From: a virus
Taxonomy: Duplodnaviria; Caudoviricetes
Virus record (IMG/VR): IMGVR_UViG_3300011116_000062
Coordinates: 1-61,632 of that record
Strand: one strand, 5' to 3'
DNA: 61,632 nt
Under the pieces are notes generated by a model. The model worked only from the letters and a program-made list of their open reading frames with translations. It made no database searches and was not told the DNA's origin. The translations under genes were made by a program, and so were the position numbers. Positions 46,001 through 53,738 of this stretch are shown one piece after another (within the stretch, counting starts at the first letter, position 1; each line of letters begins with the position of its first letter).

Positions 46001-46640
46001 CCGTCGAATTGAGGCGCATGGATTCGCTGCCGCCGACAGACCACACGGCAACACCAGTCGCGTCAATTTGATATCTGTTCGCAAGATTGGTGTAAAAAGT
46101 TATCCCGCTTGCGCTTCCAGTCGAAATGCCTAACGCGCCAGTCGCCTGATAAATCGTATTCGTTACATCAGCACCGGCCAGTCGCAACCCATTAGCAGTA
46201 AAATAAGTCCCATCAAAGGTCAGCGTTGACCCGCTCGTCGCCACCTTGCTGCCGTTCAAGTACAGGACGCCGTTGGCCGTGCCGTTGGAGAGGGTCAAGC
46301 CGGGGATCGTGACGTTCGTAGCAGTGTCTAGATAGACCGCCCGGCCAGCCGGATAGTCACAGAAGACGAACTTGGTACCTGCTGAAAAGTTGACGAGACT
46401 ACCGCTGTTAGAGGACGCCAACACCGTATCTCGGGAGAGCGTAGTTCCCGAAGACGTATACGTACCGATGCCAACTTCCCACTCGTTAGCGGTCTGGTGG
46501 ACAATCGTGTAATAGGTAGTGTTCCCGTTGCCGATGACAGCAAAGGACTGATACCCACTGACGGCACCGGCGAGAGTTATTGTGCCAGTGCTAGTAGTAG
46601 TCGTGGTCTCGTTGACACGATCAGCAAGTACAAGAGGCAT
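43014..46640 (-). CDS. Tail fibre with repeated ERMR..GNLGIGT..P modules and a C-terminal S74 intramolecular chaperone
   Basis: TSSDRRLKDNI...GMIAQDL...VDYSKLVPMLVKEIQSL. Confidence 0.9.
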   Translation of the reverse strand: MPLVLADRVNETTTTTSTGTITLAGAVSGYQSFAVIGNGNTTYYTIVHQTANEWEVGIGTYTSSGTTLSRDTVLASSNSGSLVNFSAGTKFVFCDYPAGRAVYLDTATNVTIPGLTLSNGTANGVLYLNGSKVATSGSTLTFDGTYFTANGLRLAGADVTNTIYQATGALGISTGSASGITFYTNLANRYQIDATGVAVWSVGGSESMRLNSTGLGIGTASPATTLHVNGLGGIFSQSGFNYATVSQLASSADAVFGGGVIADTVGGQLKKTVANDGNFIRLQISDGIAFHTGATGAAGSTFARTSFERMRLTAAGDLGIGTASPANYANYRNLAISGTTGANIDMLSGSTKVGNLFNDATNFYAYNVIAGSLVFGTNNTERMRLDSAGRFLLGASSNTSRGGSNTTALFYKASGTQYLDIQTGTSGDSGLLFSATSSSAYGLINYSNSVNAMLFYANSAEVFRITSSGLLGLGTTSPAAKLHVVNSTPNSGRPTALFDANYGNAGDTVTGLRLNVNTGAGGGYQWGYSTEFVLAHNMEFISGSNYVARATTASYLQQIGGEFVFFSNQSLTAGNTFTPTERMRLNSSGNLGIGTASPATRLHVDSSATNTTVTVESEIDGGSLFTSGLSLIRAGTVAGSRIQALRDASVGGVGLNFLTTADNAAEISGTLTSRMVLDRSGNLGLGVTPSAWGSGNRFLDVNASASYGAFGSTDAMMLANAFWNGSNWVRKNANNAFRFVMESVNSAPTMSWQVAANSTAGSTISWTQAMTLDASGNLGVGVTSPTVPIEVQSNSGGTGIIIRGRATANSGTLRFYANNGTTQQAKFEANDTTVEIGSITNVPLLLYANGSERARIDSSGRFLVGYSTNQDGSVFQFDANSVGSTVYTGRIVNSSTSTSVYNAVRWLQGAAGSAVGYVGTGGSAVGNPSFQNNFVVGTQNSNALVFNTNDIERMRITSGGNVGIAEGNNPTQALSLYRSGSTNAIMSAGNSNTGLDGTWFGVDTVGNGIVNVRGAFPLLFSTSALERARITSGGKLLVGTTTAGYGLFTAQRVTINPDNDGIVVAPLAQNLSAYTVQANNDTGTRYALYIANGSSTAVGTISFTSAATAYNTSSDRRLKDNIAPADDAGSVIDAIEVVKHDWKVGGHTRYGMIAQDLHMVAPEAVSVGDADDVEDFKNPWGVDYSKLVPMLVKEIQSLRQRVAQLEVK
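44845..45999. repeat. Dispersed 27-bp exact repeats in the fibre gene
   Basis: GCCGGACTCGCCGTGCCGATGCCGAGG at 44845, 45664 and 45973; degenerate copy at 45205. Confidence 0.85.
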
Positions 46641-46641
46641 T

Positions 46642-46812
46642 TTAAGCCTCCGTCAACTGATCTTCTGTGAACCAACGCTGCTGGTTGAGCCCGTCCGTGT
46701 CGGTCCACTCGACGAGGTAATAGATCACTCCATCCTCAGTCATACGCATCGCGACAACAGGACCTTCAGGTACAACAGACTTTACGCGAACGCGGTCGCC
46801 CTTCTTGTACAT
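46642..46812 (-). CDS. Small SH3-like (YodC/DUF2158-like) protein
   Basis: YKKGDRVRVK...RWFTEDQL. Confidence 0.6.
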   Translation of the reverse strand: MYKKGDRVRVKSVVPEGPVVAMRMTEDGVIYYLVEWTDTDGLNQQRWFTEDQLTEA

Positions 46813-46822
46813 AGGATGCTCC

Positions 46823-47404
46823 TTATGCTGCGTCAAGGCTGAAAGTGTAGGTCACATTGAGCGTATCACCAGAGGTAACGTTGCGGTCACCGGGGGCTTG
46901 GAAGTCCGCAGCAGAGAACAGGATGCCGGTCGAGCCACCCTTCGTGCTGTTGCTCACCAAGAACGCGCCGCCAACCGTCGCGGTAGCGTTGATGTTGTAC
47001 TGGGCAGGAGATGCCGAGTTGGTGATGATCGACGGGTCCGCAGTCGATGCCGTGCCGAACGTAGCCGCAGGGCGGGTCGCATTGCTATACGGGGTGATCT
47101 CGATCCAACCGGGGTGCAGAGCCATCGTGTCCGACGCCGCCGGGGTGTTCGACGCACCCGCGCCATAGAGGCCGATGTACCACGCCGCCGTGTAGGAGAC
47201 GCCCTTGAAGTACTGCGTGTTCATGTCCTGAAGACCAACGTTCACCACGAGGTTATGGGACTCAGCGGTCCACTTCAGGTTGCCGTCCTTGTCACGGCAC
47301 TCGATCTGGAAAACACCGCCGCCACGAAGTCCTTCCTTCGCACCGTCGTTCTTGGTGATCGAAGCCGCCGCCTCGTCTACCGACTTTGCTTTGTTAGTAA
47401 GCAT
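46823..47404 (-). CDS. Virion structural protein
   Basis: HNLVVNVG...GDTLNVTY. Confidence 0.7.
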   Translation of the reverse strand: MLTNKAKSVDEAAASITKNDGAKEGLRGGGVFQIECRDKDGNLKWTAESHNLVVNVGLQDMNTQYFKGVSYTAAWYIGLYGAGASNTPAASDTMALHPGWIEITPYSNATRPAATFGTASTADPSIITNSASPAQYNINATATVGGAFLVSNSTKGGSTGILFSAADFQAPGDRNVTSGDTLNVTYTFSLDAA

Positions 47405-47416
47405 CTCAATGACTCC

Positions 47417-47830
47417 TTAAGTGAAGCGTAGCAGCGCAGAAGTAGATGTGTTGACAGGCATCTGCACCGTGAAGGTGTTAGTAGCGGTCTTGTCCGCGCC
47501 AAAACTCAGTACCGCTATCGACTTGTTGCTCTTGCTTGCGTTATAGATCAACCCGCCTGCCGCCGTGAAAGAAGCCGGATTCCACACAGCGTTGTTGAAA
47601 TTGACGTAGACCACACCGTTTGACGTGTTGATGGTCACACCGGTCAGCACTTTACCGCCTGCCGAATAACCCGTACCACTTATCTCGTTCGACACAGAGT
47701 ATGCCGTGGTGCTCTCATCCAACGTTGCCGCGCTTGTGTACAACGCCAATTTTATCGTGTCCGTCAAAAGATCATGCTGACCTTTTAGGATCTGATCTTT
47801 AAAACTGAGCGTAAGCGTCTGGTAGATCAT
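47417..47830 (-). CDS. Virion structural protein
   Basis: SFK...KLALYT...GTGYSAGG...FGADK. Confidence 0.7.
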   Translation of the reverse strand: MIYQTLTLSFKDQILKGQHDLLTDTIKLALYTSAATLDESTTAYSVSNEISGTGYSAGGKVLTGVTINTSNGVVYVNFNNAVWNPASFTAAGGLIYNASKSNKSIAVLSFGADKTATNTFTVQMPVNTSTSALLRFT

Positions 47831-48468
47831 GACGTAACCGGCACTCTAGCCTGACCAGAGCGATATGCATCGCGCCGGTTGAGGCCATCGCCAAGACGGG
47901 TCAACTGCTGCAAGGCTTCCTGATACTTCTGCTCGTAGTACGCCATCATGTCCTGCTCACCCTTCAAGTAGGTGTAAGCCTCGCGCAGCGTTCCGTATAG
48001 CAGAATATTTTCGAAGTTATCGCCCAGCCACGAAGTGCCCGCCGTAACAATCGACTCAGGGTAATAGTAGTAATGCATTTCAACCTGATAGTTGCTATCA
48101 GGTGTTGGACCAAGGATGAACGTGTTCTTATCGAAGATGGCGTAGTACTTGGGTACGCCCGTATCGTCCGGGTCCGGGTAGGACTGTCGGATGAAGTTCA
48201 CATCCTTATCGAGCAAGAACTCCTGAGCATTCGTCAGTGGATTGATGACTGCCAAAGAGAACGTGGCAAGCCAGTCCGGCGGCATCGTCAAGTACTTGTT
48301 GTTCGGAGTCAAAGTACCGATTTGATTACGCCGGATAGCCGGGATCTGGACCGAGTTATAAACCCGCTCTTCCGCAAGTTGCACAAAGGTAGGAATATTC
48401 GCCACGAACGACGTTTCCGTCGATTCGCAGTACTGTTGTACCAATGTGACAAGCGTTGCGTAGTTCAT
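47827..48468 (-). CDS. Tail adaptor / tubular protein A-like
   Basis: GVPKYY...GPTPD...LLYGTL. Confidence 0.7.
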   Translation of the reverse strand: MNYATLVTLVQQYCESTETSFVANIPTFVQLAEERVYNSVQIPAIRRNQIGTLTPNNKYLTMPPDWLATFSLAVINPLTNAQEFLLDKDVNFIRQSYPDPDDTGVPKYYAIFDKNTFILGPTPDSNYQVEMHYYYYPESIVTAGTSWLGDNFENILLYGTLREAYTYLKGEQDMMAYYEQKYQEALQQLTRLGDGLNRRDAYRSGQARVPVTS

Positions 48469-48471
48469 GTC

Positions 48472-48723
48472 TTAACCGCGCTCTTTACCCTGACGCGTGA
48501 GAACACCAGCCAAGCCACCCTTCTGCAGGTTCACTTCTGCAATGAACTTCTTGCCCTTGGTGGCAGCGCCAGCACCCTGCATGTCCATGTGGGTCACACC
48601 CACATTGATGTCCTTCTCAGGATAGCCGTTCTCGCCCGTAGGAGCGTTGTTCGGCTCAGGCTGCTTGTACTTGCCGATTGGGTTCATGTCCCAATCGAGG
48701 AACTTGAAATCGGGCTTACCCAT
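48472..48723 (-). CDS. Small hypothetical virion protein
   Basis: GAGAATKG and LQKGG motifs. Confidence 0.65.
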   Translation of the reverse strand: MGKPDFKFLDWDMNPIGKYKQPEPNNAPTGENGYPEKDINVGVTHMDMQGAGAATKGKKFIAEVNLQKGGLAGVLTRQGKERG

Positions 48724-48728
48724 GATGA

Positions 48729-48932
48729 TTACCTCGGGCCAGACGAACCGCGCATCGGGCTGCGCTGATTCATGACCTTAGCCATGCCACGGCCATACTT
48801 CTTCATGTCCGCGTTGGTCTTGCCACCCGCACGGAGCTTCGTCAGCGGCTTGCCGGGGTGCATTGCCTTCTCATGCCTGTGGACGGCCTTCTTCATCATG
48901 GCCTTGTCCATCTTTACATCACTGTGTTTCAT
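48729..48932 (-). CDS. Small basic protein
   Basis: HEKAMHPGKPLTKLRAGG. Confidence 0.7.
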   Translation of the reverse strand: MKHSDVKMDKAMMKKAVHRHEKAMHPGKPLTKLRAGGKTNADMKKYGRGMAKVMNQRSPMRGSSGPR

Positions 48933-48941
48933 CACAATCTC

Positions 48942-49319
48942 CTAGGTCGTTACGACCGTTACATCGCCTACGTATCCCTTGGATACGAGATAATTTGGGG
49001 TCAGCCCCGCATCTGTCGCCTGAGCGCCGCCAATCGGATTCCAGCCCCACTGGATCATTCTACTACCACCTGCACCGTCGTTGCCGGGGGCGTAATAGGT
49101 GGTATCTGGGCGGGGGTTCCGTATAGCCTGCGGGTCGTCCACTGGGTACAGACCAAGCGACAACTGCGGGTGGTCAGGGTTCCAGCACTCGGTACAAGCC
49201 AAGATGTTAACGTTCTTGGTCTTGATGACAAGCGGCTTCAAGTCCCTCAACTTGTACCGCCACCCGCAAATATCGCATTGCGAGATAGCATTTTTGCCGG
49301 ATGCGAAACGATTAGGCAT
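48942..49319 (-). CDS. Zinc-binding head-completion-region protein
   Basis: CDICG...CTECW...HPQL...RPD. Confidence 0.7.
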   Translation of the reverse strand: MPNRFASGKNAISQCDICGWRYKLRDLKPLVIKTKNVNILACTECWNPDHPQLSLGLYPVDDPQAIRNPRPDTTYYAPGNDGAGGSRMIQWGWNPIGGAQATDAGLTPNYLVSKGYVGDVTVVTT

Positions 49320-49320
49320 C

Positions 49321-50046
49321 TCAGTACCCGCCTAAGAACGACTGCCGGGGCACAAACCGCACCGCCGCCTTCTCGCGGTCCTCGCCAGCCGCGAGGTCCC
49401 ACGCCTCGTCGTACTGCGCCTTAAGTACCATCGTACGAACATCCGCTCCCGGAATCTTCATCGAGAGCATGTACGCCAGCCCCGCCACCATGCAGGGCAG
49501 GAAACGGAACGGTATATCCTGCCCGTTGGAGCCATTACCCACATCGAACATCCGGCGCAGACGGGTGTAGTACAGGGTGTACGTCGTACTGTTGTCAGGT
49601 TTCGGCCACACCGTGAACTGCGGGTAAACCACCGCACCAGCCGAGTCCGTTGCGCCCGTACGACGGTTGATCCAGATCTGGATCGGGCGACCCGTTGCGT
49701 TCTTGTTCGGGATAGCAACGTAGGTACTGGACGAAATACGGCTGATATTGATATCGATCTGGTTCGTGCCGGTACCCGTACGGATTACATGGTCCAGCAG
49801 ATCCACCGTATCGGCAGCAAGGTCATACGTCCCGACATTGTAGGTCAGGGTGTGCGTACCCTGCTCAAGGGTCCAGAGGTTGATGCCCCGGTTGGCCCAG
49901 TCCATAAGAAGCAGGGACAGACTACGCTTTGCCGTACGCAGGTCGTAACCGCTACGCAGTTCCGCACCGCAACGCTCGAAAGCCTCCTCTACGATGGTAT
50001 TGAGGTCGAGGTTGAAGTCGGTTGTGGCTGTAGTCTTATCGGCCAT
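49321..50046 (-). CDS. Head-tail connector-like protein
   Basis: EEAFERCG...WANRGINLW...PFRFLPC. Confidence 0.7.
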   Translation of the reverse strand: MADKTTATTDFNLDLNTIVEEAFERCGAELRSGYDLRTAKRSLSLLLMDWANRGINLWTLEQGTHTLTYNVGTYDLAADTVDLLDHVIRTGTGTNQIDINISRISSSTYVAIPNKNATGRPIQIWINRRTGATDSAGAVVYPQFTVWPKPDNSTTYTLYYTRLRRMFDVGNGSNGQDIPFRFLPCMVAGLAYMLSMKIPGADVRTMVLKAQYDEAWDLAAGEDREKAAVRFVPRQSFLGGY

Positions 50047-50052
50047 CACTTC

Positions 50053-50301
50053 TTACCTTTTGCCTGCCTGCCGGTAGCTGCGTGTTTTCGCAGCAATGCT
50101 TTTTGGCTGAGCAACGAACTGTTTACCTTGCGCTTTGCCTTTACGCTTGGCGGCGGAGGTTCGGGCATACTCGGCGGGGCTGAGAGCATTGATCGCAGAT
50201 TCCGGAAGATATCTCTCACCCGTGTCAGAAGATCGTTTACCACTCTTCGTTCTCCACTTTTGCTGAGTCCACGCCTTAAGCGATTGCTGTGGGGCTTTCA
50301 T
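50053..50301 (-). CDS. Small basic protein
   Basis: QQSLKAWTQQKW...GERYLP. Confidence 0.7.
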   Translation of the reverse strand: MKAPQQSLKAWTQQKWRTKSGKRSSDTGERYLPESAINALSPAEYARTSAAKRKGKAQGKQFVAQPKSIAAKTRSYRQAGKR

Positions 50302-50302
50302 A

Positions 50303-50599
50303 TTAGTCTCTGTACCCGCCACCTTTCGCCTTGTACTGCTTAGCCAGCAACTGAGCCTTACGGGCCGACCACTGCCCCGCTTTAGTGCCCTGCACGGCAC
50401 GGGACTTGATTGACTCAAACAGGCTCTTACGCATACCGGGCTTGGTGTAGTTCCCAGCCTCGTTCACCTTACTCTTGCCGCCTTCCTTGAAGGTTTTAAT
50501 CGGCTCGCCAGTACCTTTAACGGGCTTACTATCCCCACGCCGCTTAGCGCGAGGAATTTTTCCCGGTGCCATAGCGCCCATGCCGCGTGAGGGCATCAT
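50303..50599 (-). CDS. Small basic protein
   Basis: FKEGG; GQWSARKAQLLAKQYKAKGGGY. Confidence 0.7.
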   Translation of the reverse strand: MMPSRGMGAMAPGKIPRAKRRGDSKPVKGTGEPIKTFKEGGKSKVNEAGNYTKPGMRKSLFESIKSRAVQGTKAGQWSARKAQLLAKQYKAKGGGYRD

Positions 50600-50949
50600 C
50601 AGATGAACTTCCCGCGAGTCTTACCCTTAGTCGCGCAGCCATCAGCACGCTTGGAAGCGGAAGAGACGGAGCCACCACGCTTAAACATCGGTTCACGCTT
50701 TGCACGCTCAGCGGCTTCACGCATCCGCCGGTCCTTGTCCGCCTGTTCCTTATCTTTAGCAGCCTGCTCCAACTTTGCATCGGACGAAGCAGCCTCACGA
50801 GCAGCAGCCTTTCGACGACGCTCAGCAGCAGCCGCTTCCTGCGCCCGAATCAGGGCTTCCTGCTGCCGCAAGAATTCCCGCCGTTCTGCGCTATCCGGAG
50901 GAGGCACAGCCTCGCCCGTGCTTGCGGACTTACTTTTGGCAGCAGCCAT
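50599..50949 (-). CDS. Small basic protein
   Basis: FKRGGSV...RADGCATKGKTRG. Confidence 0.7.
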   Translation of the reverse strand: MAAAKSKSASTGEAVPPPDSAERREFLRQQEALIRAQEAAAAERRRKAAAREAASSDAKLEQAAKDKEQADKDRRMREAAERAKREPMFKRGGSVSSASKRADGCATKGKTRGKFI

Positions 50950-51386
50950 CAGCACTTACCGCCGTAAGCCATCTTGACCATCGTGCCCTTGGTCTTGCCC
51001 TTGGACGTAATGCCGTCAGCAGCCTTGCGGAACACCGAACCACCTTCGCGCATCTTGACCGTCGTGCCCTTGGTCTTGCCCTTGGACGTAATGCCGTCAG
51101 CAGCCTTGCGGTAGGAGCCAGCCATGCCGCCCTTACGCATCATGGTTTGAGTAGTACCACCGGCTGTGCCCATTCCGCTGACAGGAGTGGCAGCACCACC
51201 GGAGGGAGCGGAGGGACGGGTAGCAGGAGGGGCAGAACGGGCTGCACGCTGCGCCGCAGCGCGAGCCTCAACCGAATTAGCCTTGCGGAAAGCCTCCTCA
51301 CGAGACCTCGTCGCAGCAAGTTTATTTCGGAGGTCTTCGCGACCTTTCAGTCCAGCCTTAAATTTTTCCGTATTGGACTCTTTCAT
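50949..51386 (-). CDS. Small basic protein with duplicated module
   Basis: Three MxxGG motifs and two ADGITSKGKTKG motifs. Confidence 0.7.
   Translation of the reverse strand: MKESNTEKFKAGLKGREDLRNKLAATRSREEAFRKANSVEARAAAQRAARSAPPATRPSAPSGGAATPVSGMGTAGGTTQTMMRKGGMAGSYRKAADGITSKGKTKGTTVKMREGGSVFRKAADGITSKGKTKGTMVKMAYGGKC
50970..51111. repeat. 61-bp direct repeat (50970-51030 / 51051-51111, 1 mismatch)
   Basis: 81-bp period, in frame. Confidence 0.9.
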
Positions 51387-51532
51387 TTTGATTTACTCCT
51401 GAATTTACGACCTTTATCGGCCTTCATAAATTCTTTACCAACTTTCTGAGGGACGCCCAAACGCTTCGCCGCCTTCGGATCATTAGCGACCAAAGCCATC
51501 AGACGGTGTTGCTTACCGGATTTACTGGGCAC
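51383..51532 (-). CDS. Small basic protein (49 aa, MPSKSGKQHRLM...)
   Basis: Not in the ORF track; GTG start with GGAG RBS; ATGA overlap. Confidence 0.6.
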   Translation of the reverse strand: MPSKSGKQHRLMALVANDPKAAKRLGVPQKVGKEFMKADKGRKFRSKSK

Positions 51533-51764
51533 GGTGCTGCTCCACTAACCGGTCTATCTTCTGCTCAAGCCGGTCAAGCCTGTCGAGCAGCACCTGTGCA
51601 TCCGCACGGACTTCCATGCGCGTTACATGATCGCGAGCGACTTCTTCGCGGGTCTTGTTAAGGAGGATGTTCAACCGGGTTATTTCCGTTGATTTTTCCT
51701 TCATGACAAACCCAATGATCGTCACGATTCCGCTAAGAACCACGTTCCAAACGAGCATTTCCAT
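51522..51764 (-). CDS. Small membrane-anchored coiled-coil protein
   Basis: N-terminal TM helix; LDRLEQKID. Confidence 0.65.
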   Translation of the reverse strand: MEMLVWNVVLSGIVTIIGFVMKEKSTEITRLNILLNKTREEVARDHVTRMEVRADAQVLLDRLDRLEQKIDRLVEQHRAQ

Positions 51765-51767
51765 GGA

Positions 51768-52022
51768 TTAACACTTCCATGCACGTAAAGATTTATTGAT
51801 TCGGCTGTTTGGATCATTAGCGGTTTTCGCGCTCGTAAGTTTCTTCTTCATTCCCGACATCCGGGCACAGAATGACTTCTTACGGGAGCCGCCTTCAGGT
51901 TGAGGGGCCTTGAGACCGGGCTTGCCGGGATTCGCACGGTTATAGGAAGCCCTGCCTTTGGCATTTAAGCCGCCAGCAGGGTTTTTCCCTTCCTTACGCT
52001 GCCACGCAGGGGTTTTAGCCAT
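51768..52022 (-). CDS. Small basic conserved phage protein
   Basis: GGLNAKGR...SFCARM...NKSLRAWKC. Confidence 0.75.
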   Translation of the reverse strand: MAKTPAWQRKEGKNPAGGLNAKGRASYNRANPGKPGLKAPQPEGGSRKKSFCARMSGMKKKLTSAKTANDPNSRINKSLRAWKC

Positions 52023-52320
52023 AGAACACCATCACTGAGCCGATGGTCGTGACATCCACGTATACGTTAGTCTGGAAGACCAGACCTTCGCCCGGAAGCA
52101 GTACGTAATCCGGGGCCGTGGAGTTGGCAAGCGTGTTGATCGTCAACCGGGTCGTGCCCGAGGCACCGCCGTCCTTAAAGACCACACTGCCTGCGCCAGC
52201 GGCGGGGATGATGTAGATGGCCTTTACACGAACACGACCGAGATCATTCCCGGCCTGATCCTGCAGCAGCCCATCCGTCGTCCGCACTCCACTGGCTAAG
52301 ACATCTGTTTGCATAGCCAT
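52015..52320 (-). CDS. Virion structural protein
   Basis: 101 aa beta-rich; LPGEGLVF. Confidence 0.7.
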   Translation of the reverse strand: MAMQTDVLASGVRTTDGLLQDQAGNDLGRVRVKAIYIIPAAGAGSVVFKDGGASGTTRLTINTLANSTAPDYVLLPGEGLVFQTNVYVDVTTIGSVMVFYG

Positions 52321-52332
52321 GTGTGGCTCCTA

Positions 52333-52665
52333 TTAGGCGGACAGTACGATCACATTATACGTAGCAGCAGCCGGGTCAACCGAGGCAGCGGAGATGTTGC
52401 TCGCACGGATCGTGACCGTGTTCGCAGCCGAGACAAACGCGTTGAAAACGATGCCCGCAGCGGGAGCAGCCGGGAGGCCCATGATCACTTCGTCGCCAGC
52501 CGCCGCACCCGTCACCGTGATGGTCAGGTCAGCCTGAGCAGCCGCAGCAATCGAGCCGAAGTTGAGAGAAGCGGAACCGCTAAGAACCTTAGCAATCGTG
52601 GCACCGGAACCGACAATGAAGCCGTTCTGAGAAACTACCGGGCCGGAAAAAGTTGTAACAGCCAT
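52333..52665 (-). CDS. Capsid fibre/decoration-like protein
   Basis: TTFSGPVVSQNGF N-terminal motif; directly after the capsid gene. Confidence 0.65.
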   Translation of the reverse strand: MAVTTFSGPVVSQNGFIVGSGATIAKVLSGSASLNFGSIAAAAQADLTITVTGAAAGDEVIMGLPAAPAAGIVFNAFVSAANTVTIRASNISAASVDPAAATYNVIVLSA

Positions 52666-52671
52666 TATAAA

Positions 52672-52747
52672 TACCTCACATGCGAGTTAGGTTTATCAGT
52701 CTGCATGTCGTCAGTCGGGCCTGTCTGATAAACCGAATTTTCCCGAT
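52672..52747 (-). ncRNA. Structured RNA downstream of the capsid gene (possible Mu-gpT-DE motif)
   Basis: Three interleaved perfect pairings (5, 10 and 6 bp); location matches the Mu-gpT downstream element as recalled, not verified. Confidence 0.6.
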
Positions 52748-52771
52748 AACGACTATATACGCCTAGAAATC

Positions 52772-52802
52772 AAAAAAGGAAAGGGGGGCCGAAGCCCCCC
52801 TC
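52772..52802 (-). terminator. Intrinsic terminator after the major capsid gene
   Basis: GGGGGGC-TTCG-GCCCCCC followed by a T-rich tract. Confidence 0.85.
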
Positions 52803-52812
52803 ACCTAGTTCA

Positions 52813-53721
52813 TCAAGCACCCGGCGAACCGTACATGCCGAGCGGATCCGACCAGCCGAACGAGTAACGCTCGCGGCTCTTGTACCGGACGTTGCCGGTG
52901 TCGAAATCCCCGTCCATGCTGTTAGCCAGCGGCGTACGGACAAAGTGCTTCATGCCGTTCGGAACGTCGGTTCGGAGGAACCAAGCATTCGTGTCCGTCA
53001 GGAAGTGGTTGACCGTATAGCCTTCCGGAATCGAACCCATCGCCTTGAGGGCGTTGATGTCGTTATCCGCAGTCGCCACACGGAGTTCCGTGTCGAGGAG
53101 ACGCTTGGCAACGAACATCAGAGCCGGGGGGACGACGAGCTTACGCGGCTTCGCAGCAATGAGCAGACCACGCTCGTCGGTCCAAGCGGCGATCTGGATG
53201 ACCGCAGCCTCAAGCGACGTTTCGTTAAGGTCCGCACCGACAGTGGGACGGTTGCTGTTGGTGCCGCCCGAGACCAGCGGGTGAGCCGTCGAGAACAGGG
53301 CAACGCCGTCACCACCGGGGTAGGACGCCGAGAAGCCGTTGTTCAGAACCGCAGCACCCTTGACCTGCTTCGTGTACGCCATGGCACGAGCAAGCGACTT
53401 CGTGTAACGCTTGCTGAGCGAGTCATACAGGTTGTCCTCAACCGCCTCTTCCGTGATGGAGAAGCCGAGAGCGATGGTCTCGTGGTTGTAGCGAGCAGTC
53501 CAAGCTTCCTGCGCGTTGTCATACGCAATCGCCTGTCCTTCCGGCTTGACCGGAGCAGCGGAGAACCCGCTGAGCTTCGTTTCCTCTTCGAAGGAACGCT
53601 CGGAGGTCTCAGTCTCGTAGATCTCCTTGTGCTCCTCACCGTACTGCTTGTACTCCAGACCGAACAGGGCGTTCAGACCGGGCAGCAGCTCCTTAAGAAG
53701 TTGTGCACGTGAAATAGCCAT
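52813..53721 (-). CDS. Major capsid protein (Mu gpT-like)
   Basis: AISRAQLLKELLPGLNALFG...DGVALFSTAHP...RERYSFGWSD; followed by a strong terminator. Confidence 0.9.
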   Translation of the reverse strand: MAISRAQLLKELLPGLNALFGLEYKQYGEEHKEIYETETSERSFEEETKLSGFSAAPVKPEGQAIAYDNAQEAWTARYNHETIALGFSITEEAVEDNLYDSLSKRYTKSLARAMAYTKQVKGAAVLNNGFSASYPGGDGVALFSTAHPLVSGGTNSNRPTVGADLNETSLEAAVIQIAAWTDERGLLIAAKPRKLVVPPALMFVAKRLLDTELRVATADNDINALKAMGSIPEGYTVNHFLTDTNAWFLRTDVPNGMKHFVRTPLANSMDGDFDTGNVRYKSRERYSFGWSDPLGMYGSPGA

Positions 53722-53738
53722 TTCTTAGAACTCCCCTA

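Noticed and set aside
43014-46640. Diversity-generating retroelement or invertase-based fibre switching
   Set aside because: No reverse transcriptase or recombinase gene, and no template/variable repeat pair with adenine-specific differences
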